DNA of 64,000 nucleotides, taken from positions 16,926,001-16,990,000 of the forward strand of contig CATNEN010000001.1 of NCBI GenBank assembly GCA_950097015.1, given 5' to 3'. The notes beneath the pieces were generated by a model that was not told the origin of the DNA, did not search any database, and worked only from the letters and a program-made list of their open reading frames with translations. The DNA comes from Macrostomum hystrix. Taxonomy: Eukaryota > Animalia > Platyhelminthes. Both the position numbers and the translations under genes were made by a program. Positions 1 through 13,084 of the stretch are shown here, piece after piece (within the stretch, counting starts at the first letter, position 1; each line of letters opens with the position of its first letter).

Positions 1-622
1 TTTGACTGGTTCGATACCTAGTTTGACTGGCTCGATACTTAGTTTTACTGGTTCGATACCAGTTTGACTAGTTCGATACCTAGTTTGACTGGCTCGATAC
101 TTAGTTTTACTGGTTCGATACCAGTTTGACTGGTTCGATTCCTGTTTGACTGGTTCGATTCTTTTTTTCACTGGTTCGATACCTGTTTTGACTGGTTCGA
201 TTCCTTTTTTCACTGGTTCGATACCTGTTTTGACTGGTTCGATTCCTGTTTTGACTGGTTCGATTCCTGTTTTACTGGTTCGATACCTCTTTTAACTGGT
301 TCGATTCCTTTTTTCACTGGTTAGATACCTGTTTTGACTGGCTCGATTCCTGTTTTACTGGTTCGATACCTCTTTTAACTGGTTCGATTCCTTTTTTCAC
401 TGGTTAGATACCTGTTTTGACTGGCTCGATTCCTGTTTTGACTGGTTCGATTCCTTTTTTCACTGGTTCGATTCCTGTTTTGACTGGTTCGATTCCTGTT
501 TTGACTGGTTCGATTCCTGTTTTGACTGGTTCGATTCCTGTTTTGACTGGTTCGATTCCTGTTTTGACTGGTTCGATTCCTTTTTTACTGGTTCGATACC
601 TGTTTAGATTGTTTCGATTCCC
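1..622. repeat. ~20-21 bp tandem repeat (GACTGGTTCGATTCCTGTTTT), truncated by the window start
   Basis: Unit read directly; ORFs 404..745 and 417..632 are repeat translations. Confidence 0.95.
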
Positions 623-657
623 AGAAACCTGAAAACGTTCGCTACCGCTAATTTCAG

Positions 658-801
658 GTTGTGGCGAGTGTGTCGGACCTGCACAAAGGTGTGTACTCGG
701 TGGCTCCACTGCTGCCAGAGAGTGCGGACTCGCGCAGGCCGGCAAAAATATCCGTCTGCTCAGGTGCCAGGTTGTACACCTTCAGATTTGAGAGGAAATA
801 A
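658..801 (+). CDS. Candidate terminal coding exon of an upstream gene, unknown product (VVASVSDLHKGVYSVAPLL...ISVCSGARLYTFRFERK*)
   Basis: Preceded by CTAAT and TTTCAG acceptor right after an intron-type repeat array. GC-rich 48-codon open frame to TAA, followed by AT-rich UTR-like sequence. No homology recognised. Confidence 0.45.
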   Translation, partial: VVASVSDLHKGVYSVAPLLPESADSRRPAKISVCSGARLYTFRFERK

Positions 802-1029
802 GCTAGCGAAAGATTTTCGATTAACTTAGTAGTTGTTATTAGATTGTCTTATTTGCATACTTTTTCCTGATCACATATGTCAACTGTAGCTGCTAATTAT
901 GTACGGGCTAAGCTTTTGTTTGCAATTAATCTATCAGAAAAAAACTTCTTTAAAATTTTAAGGTCATTTTTCGGTCACTCTTAATTATTTTTTTGGGGGT
1001 TCAGTTAATTTAAAGAGGTCATGATTAGA

Positions 1030-1748
1030 TGCTAGAAGGTCATGATGGTCATAATGAGATACTGGAAGGTCATAATGAGATACTGGAAGGTCATAATGAG
1101 ATACTGGAAGGTCATAATGAGATACTGGAAGGTCATAATGAGATACTGGAAGGTCATAATGAGATACTGGAAGGTCATAATGAGATACTGGAAGGTCATA
1201 ATGAGATACTGGAAGGTCATAATGAGATACTGGAAGGTCATAATGAGATACTGGAAGGTCATAATGAGATACTGGAAGGTCATAATGAGATACTGGAAGG
1301 TCATAATGAGATACTGGAAGGTCATAATGAGATACTGGAAGGTCATAATGAGATACTGGAAGGTCATAATGAGATACTGGAAGGTCATAATGAGATACTG
1401 GAAGGTCATAATGAGATACTGGAAGGTCATAATGAGATACTGGAAGGTCATAATGAGATACTGGAAGGTCATAATAAGATACTGGAAGGTCATAATGAGA
1501 TACTGGAAGGTCATGATGAGATACTGGAAGGTCAAATTGGTCATGATCGGATCCTGGAAGGTCATAGAGGTCATGATGGGATACTGGAAGGTCAAATTGG
1601 TCATGATCGGATCCTGGAAGGTCATAGAGGTCATGATGAGATACTGGAAGGTCAAATTGGTCATGATCGGATCCTGGAAGGTCATAGAGGTCATGATGAG
1701 ATACTGGAAGGTCATAGAGGTCATGATGGGATACTGGAAGGTCATAGT
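1030..1748. repeat. 21 bp tandem repeat (GAGATACTGGAAGGTCATAAT) with a ~60 bp higher-order variant at the right end
   Basis: Directly visible; stop-free in several frames, giving spurious ORFs. Confidence 0.95.
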
Positions 1749-2419
1749 GGTCCACAGATTCTTTTTGCTTGGCTGTACTATATTTTAAGTAAAATTAGTA
1801 CAACATAAGGCTGTGATTGTTTATTGTTTGATTTATTGTACTACAATGTTCAACTTACCTAGATTTTTTTCGTCTTGCAAACATTTTTTTCATTATTTTG
1901 GTAACTAAAATTCGAGTGCCATTTTTTGACAAAGAAAACTCCTCATTTGTTTGAATTTGTTAATATTTTGGTATAAGCTTGTTGAAATTATTGCTCGTAT
2001 TTTTTACTTGTTAATTTGTGCTTAAAGTAAATTAGTTTTCTATTTTTTCTGTCCTACTATTCTACTTGCAGTAGTTCAGTTGGGCAAATGCAAAGCTTCA
2101 AATTGATTATCTCGTCTTGTTTCTAATTGAGCCTTTAGTCGATGTTTTTTTTTAAAGTGTGTTTATTTAATTTTCAGAATTTCGGGCCAATTTTTTCGAT
2201 GTGATCAGTTTTGTGTCCCTAATATATATTCTTAGAATGAACGCCAAGCACTAGTATGTAGTAGGTTTTGATTTAAATATTTGCTAGAAATAAACTTGAT
2301 GTCCCTATATTATTAAAAAATAAAACCAATTTGTCGTGTCAAAAAGTTACAAACTTTGTTAAAATGGTCTACTTGCTGATATATGGATTTCTATTATAAT
2401 CTTCGCCGTGGCAAAGGCA

Positions 2420-3232
2420 CAGATGGAGAGAGGAAGACAGGGGGAGAGAGAGACAGGGAGAAAGAGACAAGCGAGGGGGAGATAGAGAGGTAGACAGGTA
2501 TAGACAGTGAGGGAGACAGGGTAGACAGAGAGGGAGACAGGGTAGAGAGTGGGGAAGACAGGGGAGATAGAGAGGGAGACAGGGGAGAGGGAGACAGGGA
2601 GAAAGAGACAAGCGAGGGGGAGATAGAGAGGTAGACAGGTATAGACAGTGAGGGAGACAGGGTAGACAGAGAGGGAGACAGGGTAGAGAGTGGGGAAGAC
2701 AGGGGAGATAGAGAGGGAGACAGGGGAGATAGAGAGGGAGACAGGGGAGGTAGAGAGGGAGACAGGGGAGATAGAGAGGGAGACAAGGGAGATAGAGAGG
2801 GAGACAGGGTAGACAGAGAGGGAGACAGGGTAGACATAGAGGGAGACATGGGAGATAGAGAGGGAGACAGGGTAGACAGAGAGGGAGACAAGGGAGATAG
2901 AGAGGGAGACAGGGTAGACAGAGAGGGAGACATGGGAGATAAAGAGGGAGACAGGGTAGACAGAGAGGGAGACAAGGGAGATAGAGAGGGAGACAGGGTA
3001 GACAGAGAGGGAGACAGGGTAGACAGAGAGGAAGACAGGGTAGACAGAGAGGGAGACAGGGTAGACAGAAAGGGAGACAAGGGAGATAGAGAGGGAGACA
3101 GGGTAGACAGAGAGGGAGACAGGGTAGACAGAGAGAGAGACAAGGGAGACAGGGGGATAGAGAGGGAGACAGGGGAGAGGAGCCAGGGGTAAGGAAGACA
3201 AGGGATAGAGAGGGAGACAGGGGATATATAGA
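2420..3232. repeat. Purine-rich ~21 bp repeat (AGAGAGGGAGACAGGGTAGAC)
   Basis: Directly visible. Confidence 0.9.
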
Positions 3233-3873
3233 AGAAAGAGGAAGATGCAGGAAGATGGTTGCTGAGCAGACTCACAACGCCCAATATGCGTCTTCCCGAC
3301 TGTCGGCTGGTGTTTGCCTAGTTGAAATCTGTCGTCATATTAAGTCGATCCAGCATGCGCTTCGGATAGAATCGCTCTGGATTTATTAATATCTAAAATC
3401 AAACAGAGCAAATAGTCTGTTACAAATTGCGTAATCAAGCATGATTCGGCTTTTAAAAGAAAGATAGCCTCGAAAATATGACTTTAATCTCGTTAAAGAT
3501 CTTTAAAATGTGATTTTCTTAGAAAAAAAGTCTGTTAGAGTTTCAGAGTCGAGTAGAATTTATGACTCTTATTCATCAATGATTTTTTAGATTTAGAATG
3601 AAGTTAAAGATTTGGGATCAAGTGTATTTGATGAACAGAATGGCCCTGGTGATTCAAGATGATAGGCAAGAAAAATTCTGGGAACAGCTTTGAAATTCTG
3701 ATAGCATCCGACACGAAGAAATTTGAGATTCTTTCCTAAGAAATCTACAAGAATGTTCTTAATGCAGCGAATGAATAGGACTTGAGTGTGCATGGATGAT
3801 GAGGCTGTATCCGATGTCAAAAACACCAAGAGAGATTAACAAAACTCTAAAATATACCTCTGACAAAGTAACT

Positions 3874-5200
3874 AGAGACAGGAGATAGGGGAGAGGAGAC
3901 AGGAGATAGTGGAGAGGAGACAGGAGATAGTGGAGAGGAGACAGGAGATAGGGGAGAGGAGACAGGAGTAAGTGGAGAGGAGAGAGGAGATAGTGGAGAG
4001 GAGACAGGAGTAAGTGGAGAGGAGAGAGGAGATAGTGAAGAGGAGACAGGAGAGAGGAGACAGGAGATAGTGGAGTGGAGAGAGGAGAGAGGAGAGAGGA
4101 AAGAGGAGAGAGGAGAGAGGTGAAAGGAGAGAGGAGAGAGGAGAGAGGAGACAGGAGATAGTAGAGAGGAGAGAGGAAAGAGGAGAGAGGTGAAAGGAGA
4201 GAGGAGAGAGGAGAGAGGAGACAGGAGACTGGAGAGAGGAGAGAGGAGACAGGAGAGAGGAGAGAGGAGAGAGGAGACAGGGGAGAGGAGACAGGAGAGA
4301 GGAGAGAGGAGACAGGGGAGAGGAGACAGGAGAGAGGAGAGAGGAGACAGGAGACAGGAGAGAGGAGAGAGGAGACAGGAGAGAGGAGAGAGGAGAGAGG
4401 AGATAGTAGAGAGGAGAGAGGAAAGAGGAGAGAGGTGAAAGGAGAGAGGAGAGAGGAGAGAGGAGACAGGAGACAGGAGAGAGGAGAGAGGAGACAGGAG
4501 AGAGGAGAGAGGAGAGAGGAGACAGGGGAGAGGAGACAGGAGAGAGGAGAGAGGAGACAGGGGAGAGGAGACAGGAGAGAGGAGAGAGGAGACAGGAGAC
4601 AGGAGAGAGGAGAGAGGAGACAGGAGACAGGAGAGAGGAGAGAGGAGACAGGAGAGAGGAGAGAGGAGAGAGGAGAGAGGAGAGAGGAGACAGGAGACAG
4701 GAGAGAGGAGACAGGAGACAGGAGAGAGGAGACAGGAGACAGGAGAGAGGAGAGAGGAGACAGGAGAGAGGAGAGAGGAGAGAGGAGACAGGGGAGAGGA
4801 GACAGGAGAGAGGAGAGAGGAGACAGGGGAGAGGAGACAGGAGAGAGGAGAGAGGAGACAGGAGACAGGAGAGAGGAGAGAGGAGACAGGAGACAGGAGA
4901 GAGGAGAGAGGAGACAGGAGAGAGGAGAGAGGAGAGAGGAGAGAGGAGACAGGAGACAGGAGAGAGGAGACAGGAGACAGGAGACAGGAGAGAGGAGAGA
5001 GGAGAGAGAAGACAGGGGAGAGGAGACAGGAGAGAGGAGAGAGGAGACAGGGGAGAGGAGACAGGAGAGAGGAGAGTGGAGACAGGAGACAGGAGAGAGG
5101 AGACAGGAGACAGGAGGGAGGAGAGAGGAGACAGGAGACAGGAGAGAGGAGACAGGAGACAGGAGAGAGGAGACAGGAGACAGGAGAGAGGAGAGAGGTG
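3874..5200. repeat. Polypurine 7-mer-based repeat (GGAGAGA/GGAGACA)
   Basis: Directly visible. Confidence 0.95.
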
Positions 5201-5949
5201 AAGGGGAGATTTGCTTCAGTTTAACAAATCCTGTTGGCTTGCATTCATCCAATCTGAGTCCAATATTGCAGCTGGTTTGCAATGCAAGGTTAGACCTCTA
5301 ATTTATTATTGCAATAAAAGTTAATTAAAATTCAGTGAATTAACAGTTTATCACAAAGGTCAAACAATGTGCTACCTATGATATGCTTTGATTGTTGTAA
5401 AAGCATCGAGCTTACAGCTTCAAGAACAGTTGCCAGAACCCATGAAACTGGTTGTTATAATGTAACCATTTCTTCTAGTTTAATTCTACCATTAGTTTCT
5501 GCCCTACCACTTGGAGTATATTGCAATTTCCTGACTAAATTTTTATGACTTGCTGGAACAAACAACAATATGAATAATGAAATTCAAACGAAAACTTAGG
5601 GTCCGGCTACATTACAAGTGTGCAATAGTTGCTTTTATTCTACATGCAATCCAGGGTGTCTAAGAGAAAATGCTGCTTTTCTCGGCGGCAAGCACTTTGT
5701 TTTTTTAATTTAGACTGAAAAAAAACTTAATTGAATTTAATATTTTGATACAATTGGATGTCGTGAAGCTAGGATAAAGCAGTTTGTGTTTATTAAAGAT
5801 GTGAATGTTTAACACTGACGGCATTTTACGCTATATATTTATTGCACCAAAAATAGACTCGTTATCCAACGATTTAACAATTAGAAGTATTGAGTTGCTA
5901 TGGCTAATGAGATTAGTTCCTTATATCAATGCAAATTAAACTCAACTTT

Positions 5950-8162
5950 GAGAGACTGAGACAGAGACTGAGACTGTGAGACTGTGAGACTGAGACTGTG
6001 AGACTGTGAGACTGAGACTGAGACTGTGAGACTGTGAGACTGAGACTGAGACTGTGAGACTGAGACTGTGAGACTGTGAGACTGAGACTGAGACTGAGAC
6101 TGAGACTGAGACTGAGACTGAGACTGTGAGACTGTGAGACTGAGACTGAGACTGAGACTGAGACTGAGACTGTGAGACTGTGAGACTGAGACTGAGACTG
6201 TGACTGTGACTGTGACTGTGAGACTGAGACTGAGACTGTGACTGTGACTGTGAGACTGAGACTGAGACTGAAACTGTGAGACTGAGACTGAGACTGAGAC
6301 TGAGACTGAAACTGTGAGACTGAGACTCAGACTGAGACTGAGACTGAGACTGTGAGACTGAGACTGAGACTGAGACTGAGACTGTGAGACTGAGACTGAG
6401 ACTGAGACTGAGACTGAGACTGAGACTGTGAGACTGTGAGACTGTGAGACTGAGACTGTGAGACTGAGACTGTGAGACTGTGAGACTGAGACTGAGACTG
6501 TGAGACTGAGACTGTGAGACTGTGAGACTGAGACTGAGACTGTGAGACTGAGACTGAGACTGTGAGACTGAGACTGTGAGACTGTGAGACTGAGACTGAG
6601 ACTGTGAGACTGAGACTGTGAGACTGTGAGACTGAGACTGAGACTGTGAGACTGAGACTGTGAGACTGTGAGACTGAGACTGAGACTGTGAGACTGAGAC
6701 TGTGAGACTGTGAGACTGAGACTGTGAGACTGAGACTGAGACTGAGACTGAGACTGAGACTGAGACTGAGACTGAGACTGTGAGACTGTGAGACTGAGAC
6801 TGAGACTGTGAGACTGAGACTGTGAGACTGTGAGACTGAGACTGAGACTGAGACTGAGACTGAGACTGTGAGACTGTGAGACTGAGACTGAGACTGTGAG
6901 ACTGAGACTGTGAGACTGTGAGACTGAGACTGAGACTGTGAGACTGAGACTGTGAGACTGTGAGACTGGGACTGAGACTGTGAGACTGAGACTGTGAGAC
7001 TGTGAGACTGAGACTGAGACTGTGAGACTGTGAGACTGAGACTGAGACTGTGAGACTGAGACTGTGAGACTGTGAGACTGAGACTGTGAGACTGAGACTG
7101 AGACTGAGACTGTGACTGTGACTGTGACTGTGAGACTGAGACTGAGACTGTGACTGTGACTGTGAGACTGAGACTGAGACTGAAACTGTGAGACTGAGAC
7201 TGAGACTGAGACTGAGACTGAGACTGAGACTGAGACTGAGACTGAGACTGTGAGACTGAGACTGTGAGACTGAGACTGTGAGACTGAGACTGAGACTGAG
7301 ACTGAGACTGAGACTGAGACTGAGACTGAGACTGAGACTGAGACTGAAACTGAGACTGAGACTGAGACTGAGACTGAGACTGAGACTGAGACTGAGACTG
7401 TGAGACTGAGACTGTGAGACTGTGAGACTGAGACTGAGACTGTGAGACTGAGACTGTGAGACTGTGAGACTGAGACTGAGACTGTGAGACTGAGACTGTG
7501 AGACTGTGAGACTGAGACTGAGACTGTGAGACTGAGACTGTGAGACTGTGAGACTGAGACTGTGAGACTGAGACTGAGACTGAGACTGTGACTGTGACTG
7601 TGACTGTGAGACTGAGACTGAGACTGTGACTGTGACTGTGAGACTGAGACTGAGACTGAAACTGTGAGACTGAGACTGAGACTGAGACTGAGACTGAGAC
7701 TGAGGCTGAGACTGAGACTGAGACTGTGAGACTGAGACTGTGAGACTGAGACTGTGAGACTGAGACTGAGACTGAGACTGAGACTGAAACTGAGACTGAG
7801 ACTGAGACTGAGACTGAGACTGAGACTGAGACTGAGACTGTGAGACTGAGACTGTGAGACTGAGACTGTGAGACTGAGACTGAGACTGTGAGACTGAGAC
7901 TGTGAGACTGTGAGACTGAGACTGAGACTGTGAGACTGAGACTGAGACTGAGACTGAGACTGAGACTGAGACTGAGACTGAGACTGAGACTGTGAGACTG
8001 AGACTGAGACTGAGACTGAGACTGAGACTGAGACTGTGAGACTGAGACTGAGACTGTGAGACTGAGACTGAGACTGAGACTGAGACTGAGACTGTGAGAC
8101 TGAGACTGAGACTGAGACTGAGACTGAGACTGAGACTGTGAGACCGAGACTGTGAGACTGTG
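5950..8162. repeat. (GAGACT)n / (GAGACTGT)n microsatellite, 2.2 kb
   Basis: Directly visible; the 745-aa ORF is a repeat translation. Confidence 0.95.
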
Positions 8163-9477
8163 AATAAATAAGGTACCAATTAATTCAGAAGATTCAGTTG
8201 AAGTACAGACAAGTCATTCGGAATCAAAGCAATTAAAAGTTTTACAACGAGCGGTGTTTGAGCTTCAACTACCCCAGCCCAACTGCACTGCTCAAACACT
8301 TGAGAACACCGGAATAAACAATGCTCAAAGACTTTTCAAATGCCTAGGTGGACAGAATCAAACAGAAAGATGTCGTGGCTACACTTGATAGAAAAATTGA
8401 ATGGTCAGTTTATGAGAAGAATATACACAGACAGAGTTCCATTGTCCTCCGAAACATTTCTACTTTCTGCTTGTAAGTCTGTCTGTTATATAGAATAAAC
8501 TGCACACTTGACATATCTTCAGAATCTTCCTCACTTAGTTCGAGTAACTCAAACAAGCAACTGCTCATTGGGCAGAGTTGAGTTATAGTTGAGAGTGGGG
8601 GGTACGAGTATTAAAGCATTTACAACATGCATAACAGCTTAGATTCCCATTGTGGATAGCAACTCTAGCAATAGAACTAATGACTAATATAATATCAGGC
8701 TAAGGGTTACAAGCATGAATATCGAAGCAGTCATCTGCTAGCCAATCAGAGAACGACATCGAAATTCAGCCAATGGAAATCCTTTTTCTACTCAAATGCT
8801 TTCTCTCTTCCCAGCGTGTAAAATGGGTTCTACTTAAGATCAGAATTATTGCTATTAAGGAATCACTGCAACTTATAGAAGTTTTGATTTTTTTTAGTTT
8901 GATTTTATGCTTACAGCATCGTGGACTGAGTGCAGTGCAGCAAATATGTTATGACAATTAATAGAGAATATTGACACGAATGATTTTTGCTAAGATGCTG
9001 CCGCTGCTGTTGCTGCTTAAGCTGTGCAATATTGTACAGTCTGTAGCAATAACTGACAGCAATTCTGCTCTTTTGCAAAGCAACCATTTGGGTGAGTTTA
9101 TTGTTTCTTTTATTTATTGGGTTGAAACGTGTTTTTTTTCTATTTCATAACCAATGCAACAAAAGCTAGGTGTCAAATGTCAAATTCCCAATTTGTGAAA
9201 GGAAATCGTTAAAGAAAGAACTATAGACATTGTGTTTAGGTGTGCATTTCAATGGTGTTAGGCGAGAGCAGGGCTATAATATGCTAATGAGTTTATCTGC
9301 TATTTTCTGTCTTTCTGAATTTCTGATTTTCTGAGTTTTTCCGTCTCCGTGGAACCAGCTGAATGGAATCCAATTTCACGTTTGGATGAGTTCTGTACGA
9401 ATAAACTGTTATTTTCAGTTGGGAACCTAGAGAGAAACTAGGTTAGAGAATAGGGGTAGACGACGAGGCGTCGATGA

Positions 9478-10200
9478 AGAGAGGTAGAGGACGAGGAAGA
9501 GGAAGAGAGGCAGAGGAAGAGGGATAGAGGAAGAGGGGTAGAGGAAGAAGTGGTAGAGGAAGAGGGATAGAGGAAGAGGGGTAGAGGAAGAAGGGTAGAG
9601 GAAGAGGGGTAGAGGAAGAAGGGGTAGAGGAATAAAGGTAAAGGAAGAGGGGTAGAGGAAGAGGGGCAGAGGAAGAGGGATAGAGGAAGAGGGGTAGAGG
9701 AAGAGAGGCGGAGGACTAGGGAATAGGAAGAGAGGCAGAGGACTAGGGAAGAGGAAGAAGGGATAGAGGAAGAGGGGTAGTGGAAGAAGGGGAGAGGAAG
9801 AGGGGTAGTGGAAAAAGGGGTAGAGGAAGAGGGGTAGTGGAAGAAGGGGTAGAGGAAGAGGGGTAGTGGAAGAAGGGGTAGAGGAAGAGGGGTAGTGGAA
9901 GAAGGGGTAGAGGAAGAGGGGTAGAGGAAGAGGGGTAGAGGAAGAGGGGTAGTGGAAGAAGGGGTAGTGGAAGAAGGAGTAGAGGAAGAGGGGTAGTGGA
10001 AGAAGGGGTAGAGGAAGAGGGGTAGTGGAAGAAGGGGTAGTGGAAGAAGGAGTAGAGGAAGAGGGGCAGTGGAAGAAGGGGTAGAGGAAGAGGGTAGTGG
10101 AAGAAGGGGTAGAGGAAGAGGGGTTGAGGAAGAGGGGTAGTGGAAGAAGGGGTAGTGGAAGAGGGGTAGGGGAAGAGAGGTACAGGGGTAGTGGAAAATG
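9478..10200. repeat. Purine-rich 14-15 bp repeat (GAGGAAGAGGGGTA / GTGGAAGAAGGGGTA)
   Basis: Directly visible. Confidence 0.9.
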
Positions 10201-10793
10201 ATGGTGGAAGGAGACAATGATAAAGGCTGTATCGTGTGCAATCAAACCAGGGCGAAATTAAAATTAAGACAAATTTTTACGAGTAACAATGGCAATAGAC
10301 TTTTAGTTAGTTTTTTTTCTTAGTCTCGCATCGAACTGAATTCCAAAAGTTATTTTTCGAACAAAAATTTCGATCATTCACAAAAATCATTACCAAATCT
10401 TGATTGGCATGGGATTAACAAGCCGTTCCCCAGAATCCTCAATAGACTCTAGCTTCATCAAACTCAATAAAATGCTACCTGAACAGCAGCAGCAGTATGT
10501 ATATCCATTGTACTCAGTGTTGTTAAATTATTAATAGACTTACATTGCTACCGCTAGTGGCCTACAACCGTTCTGGGTTTGATGGGGTCTGGGCTCAAGC
10601 GATCTCTGGTCTCAGAGGATCAGTCGGAGGGAAGTAGTTTATGGCTTAGTTGCACAATGGCTCGCGGTAACGTCAGCATTGCGCTGGAGGCGACATAACA
10701 AGTGTGTTGTAACCCTGCTGGCATTGAAGGGGAGTTCGCAAACTTTGCATTTCAGTCCAATACTGTTCAGCAGCATCGCATTTTCATTTTGTG

Positions 10794-11258
10794 CCCCTTC
10801 TACCACCGTTCCGCCCTCTTCTTCCACCGTTCCGCCCCCTTCTACCACCGTTCCGCCCCCTTCTACCACCGTTCCGCCCCCTTCTACCACCGTTCCGCCC
10901 CCTTCTTCCACCGTTCCGCCCCCTTCTACCACCGTTCCGCCCCCTTCTACCACCGTTCCGCCCCCTTCTACCACCGTTCCGCCCCCTTCTACCACCGTTC
11001 CGCCCCCTTCTACCACCGTTCCGCCCCCTTCTACCACCGTTCCGCCCCCTTCTACCACCGTTCCGCCCCCTTCTACCACCGTTCCGCCCCCTTCTACCAC
11101 CGTTCCGCCCTTTTCAACAAACCATTCTGCCCCCTTCTACCACCGTTCCGCCCTCTTCTTCCACCGTTCCGCCCTCTTCTACCACCGTTTCGCCCTCTTC
11201 TACCACCGTTCCGCCCTCTTCTACCACCGTTCCGCCCCCTTCTACCGCTGTTCCGCTC
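10794..11258. repeat. 21 bp tandem repeat (CCCCTTCTACCACCGTTCCGC)
   Basis: Directly visible. Confidence 0.95.
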
Positions 11259-11750
11259 CAAGCTACCAGTTTAGCTTGTATTTCGAGTAGCGATGAACAA
11301 GTAATAAATCTTTTTTCTAGCACCAAATCGAATGCGATAATAGAAGGACAAATCTTTGTATTTGTTTGCACTGACTGCTGAAAAAACGTTTATGTTTTAT
11401 CTGAACTGTCATGTCGGCAAAAATTCCTACAGCCTTATCTAGGATAAAAATGAGCAGACAAGCAAAAAAGTTTATGATTTTAAGCTACTCGGTTTTTTAT
11501 TATTGGGATCTATCTAGTAGAGCGTGTTTGCTTTGCAATGAGACAGCGGCGGTGTAACATAAAAAAGGTATCAATTAGTCTTCTGTGGCGCCATGCTGCC
11601 ATTAGTTCTGCTGTTCAAATTTGTCGGAAATTGGTCACCTTCTGCTTGCGGTGCAGTGGGTAGGCAATTTATAGTAGATTAGCTGGGAAGAAAACACGAA
11701 ACATTTTAGTTTTTTCTTGTCTTGATCCTCCTGCAGAACATTGCTGCGAA

Positions 11751-12249
11751 TCAGGGAATGGGTCAGTCAGGGAATGGGTCAGTCAGGGAATGGGTCAGTC
11801 AGGTAATGGGTAAGTCAGGGAATGGGTCAGTCAGGGAATGGGTAAGTCAGGGAATGGGTCAGTCAGGGAATGGGTCAGTCAGGTAATGGGTAAGTCAGGG
11901 AATGGGTCAGTCAGGGAATGGGTCAGTCAGGTAATGGGTAAGTCAGGGAATGGGTCAGTCAGGGAATGGGTAAGTCAGGGAATGGGTCAGTCAGGGAATG
12001 GGTCAGTCAGGGAATGGGTAAGTCAGGGAATGGGTCAGTCAGGGAATGGGTCAGTCAGGTAATGGGTAAGTCAGGGAATGGGTCAGTCAGGGAATGGGTC
12101 CGTTAGGAATAGGTCAGTTAGGAATGAGTCAGTCAGGTAATGGGTCAGTCAGGAATGGGTCAGTTAGGAATGGGTCAGCCAGGGAATGGGTCAGTCAGGT
12201 AATGGGTCAGTCAGTAATGGGTCAATGTCAGTCAGGGAATGGGTCAGTC
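11751..12249. repeat. 16 bp G-rich tandem repeat (GGGAATGGGTCAGTCA)
   Basis: Directly visible. Confidence 0.95.
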
Positions 12250-12253
12250 CTTG

Positions 12254-12269
12254 TCTATCTATCTATCTG

Positions 12270-12355
<86 letters not shown>

Positions 12356-12373
12356 CATCTATCTATCTATCTG

Positions 12374-12456
<83 letters not shown>

Positions 12457-12461
12457 GTCTG

Positions 12462-12494
<33 letters not shown>
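12254..12494. repeat. (TCTA)n tetranucleotide microsatellite
   Basis: Directly visible. Confidence 0.95.
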
Positions 12495-13084
12495 TCATGT
12501 CTAGCAAACGAATTTTCTTGATAGAAAGTTTCTCAACGCACGATTCATAGTTCCTTCGGTTCCTTAAAGTAGATTTTAATTGAAGTGAATGCTGTGCCAG
12601 CTAAAGCTTATATTTTTGTAATCACTCGAATTTTATGGCTCGGATTTAGCAGCAGAAAAGGTCATAATGAAAAACACTGTGTTGAAGGCCCGGGTGTATC
12701 CTGCCCAAAGTTTGGGATTCTTAATTGGAAGCGTCTGCCAGCCTCTACGTGCGTTCAGAATTACAATTTCGGTCGTCAAAAAAATACTTTAGCCCCACTT
12801 GCGGGCAATAAAAATGTCTTGCATTTTTAGGACACCACCTGAAGCGCGTGTGCAATCCTTAAGTAGTCATGGAAATCCCATATTTGGGAGCTTAATGATG
12901 TCTAGAATTCCCTGTCAAGGTGAAATCGAGAAGGTTTATAATAATGCCATTACTGGTTTGCTAGGTCTGTCAGGTACCTGACCTAGCTTTACTTTTCTGT
13001 TACATTTTTATTATCCATACAACTTTAGTTTAGAAACTTTTTGGAGTTGAAAATTACTGAACCGCTAAATATATTAAAAATCAG

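Noticed and set aside
10544-10684. Minus-strand exon-like segment (CCTCCAG ... GTAAGT)
   Set aside because: Stops in all three frames; at most a non-coding exon, with no supporting evidence
985-11381. Long low-complexity ORFs (256, 507, 745 aa etc.)
   Set aside because: They are translations of tandem repeats, open in several frames and strands, with no splice or domain evidence
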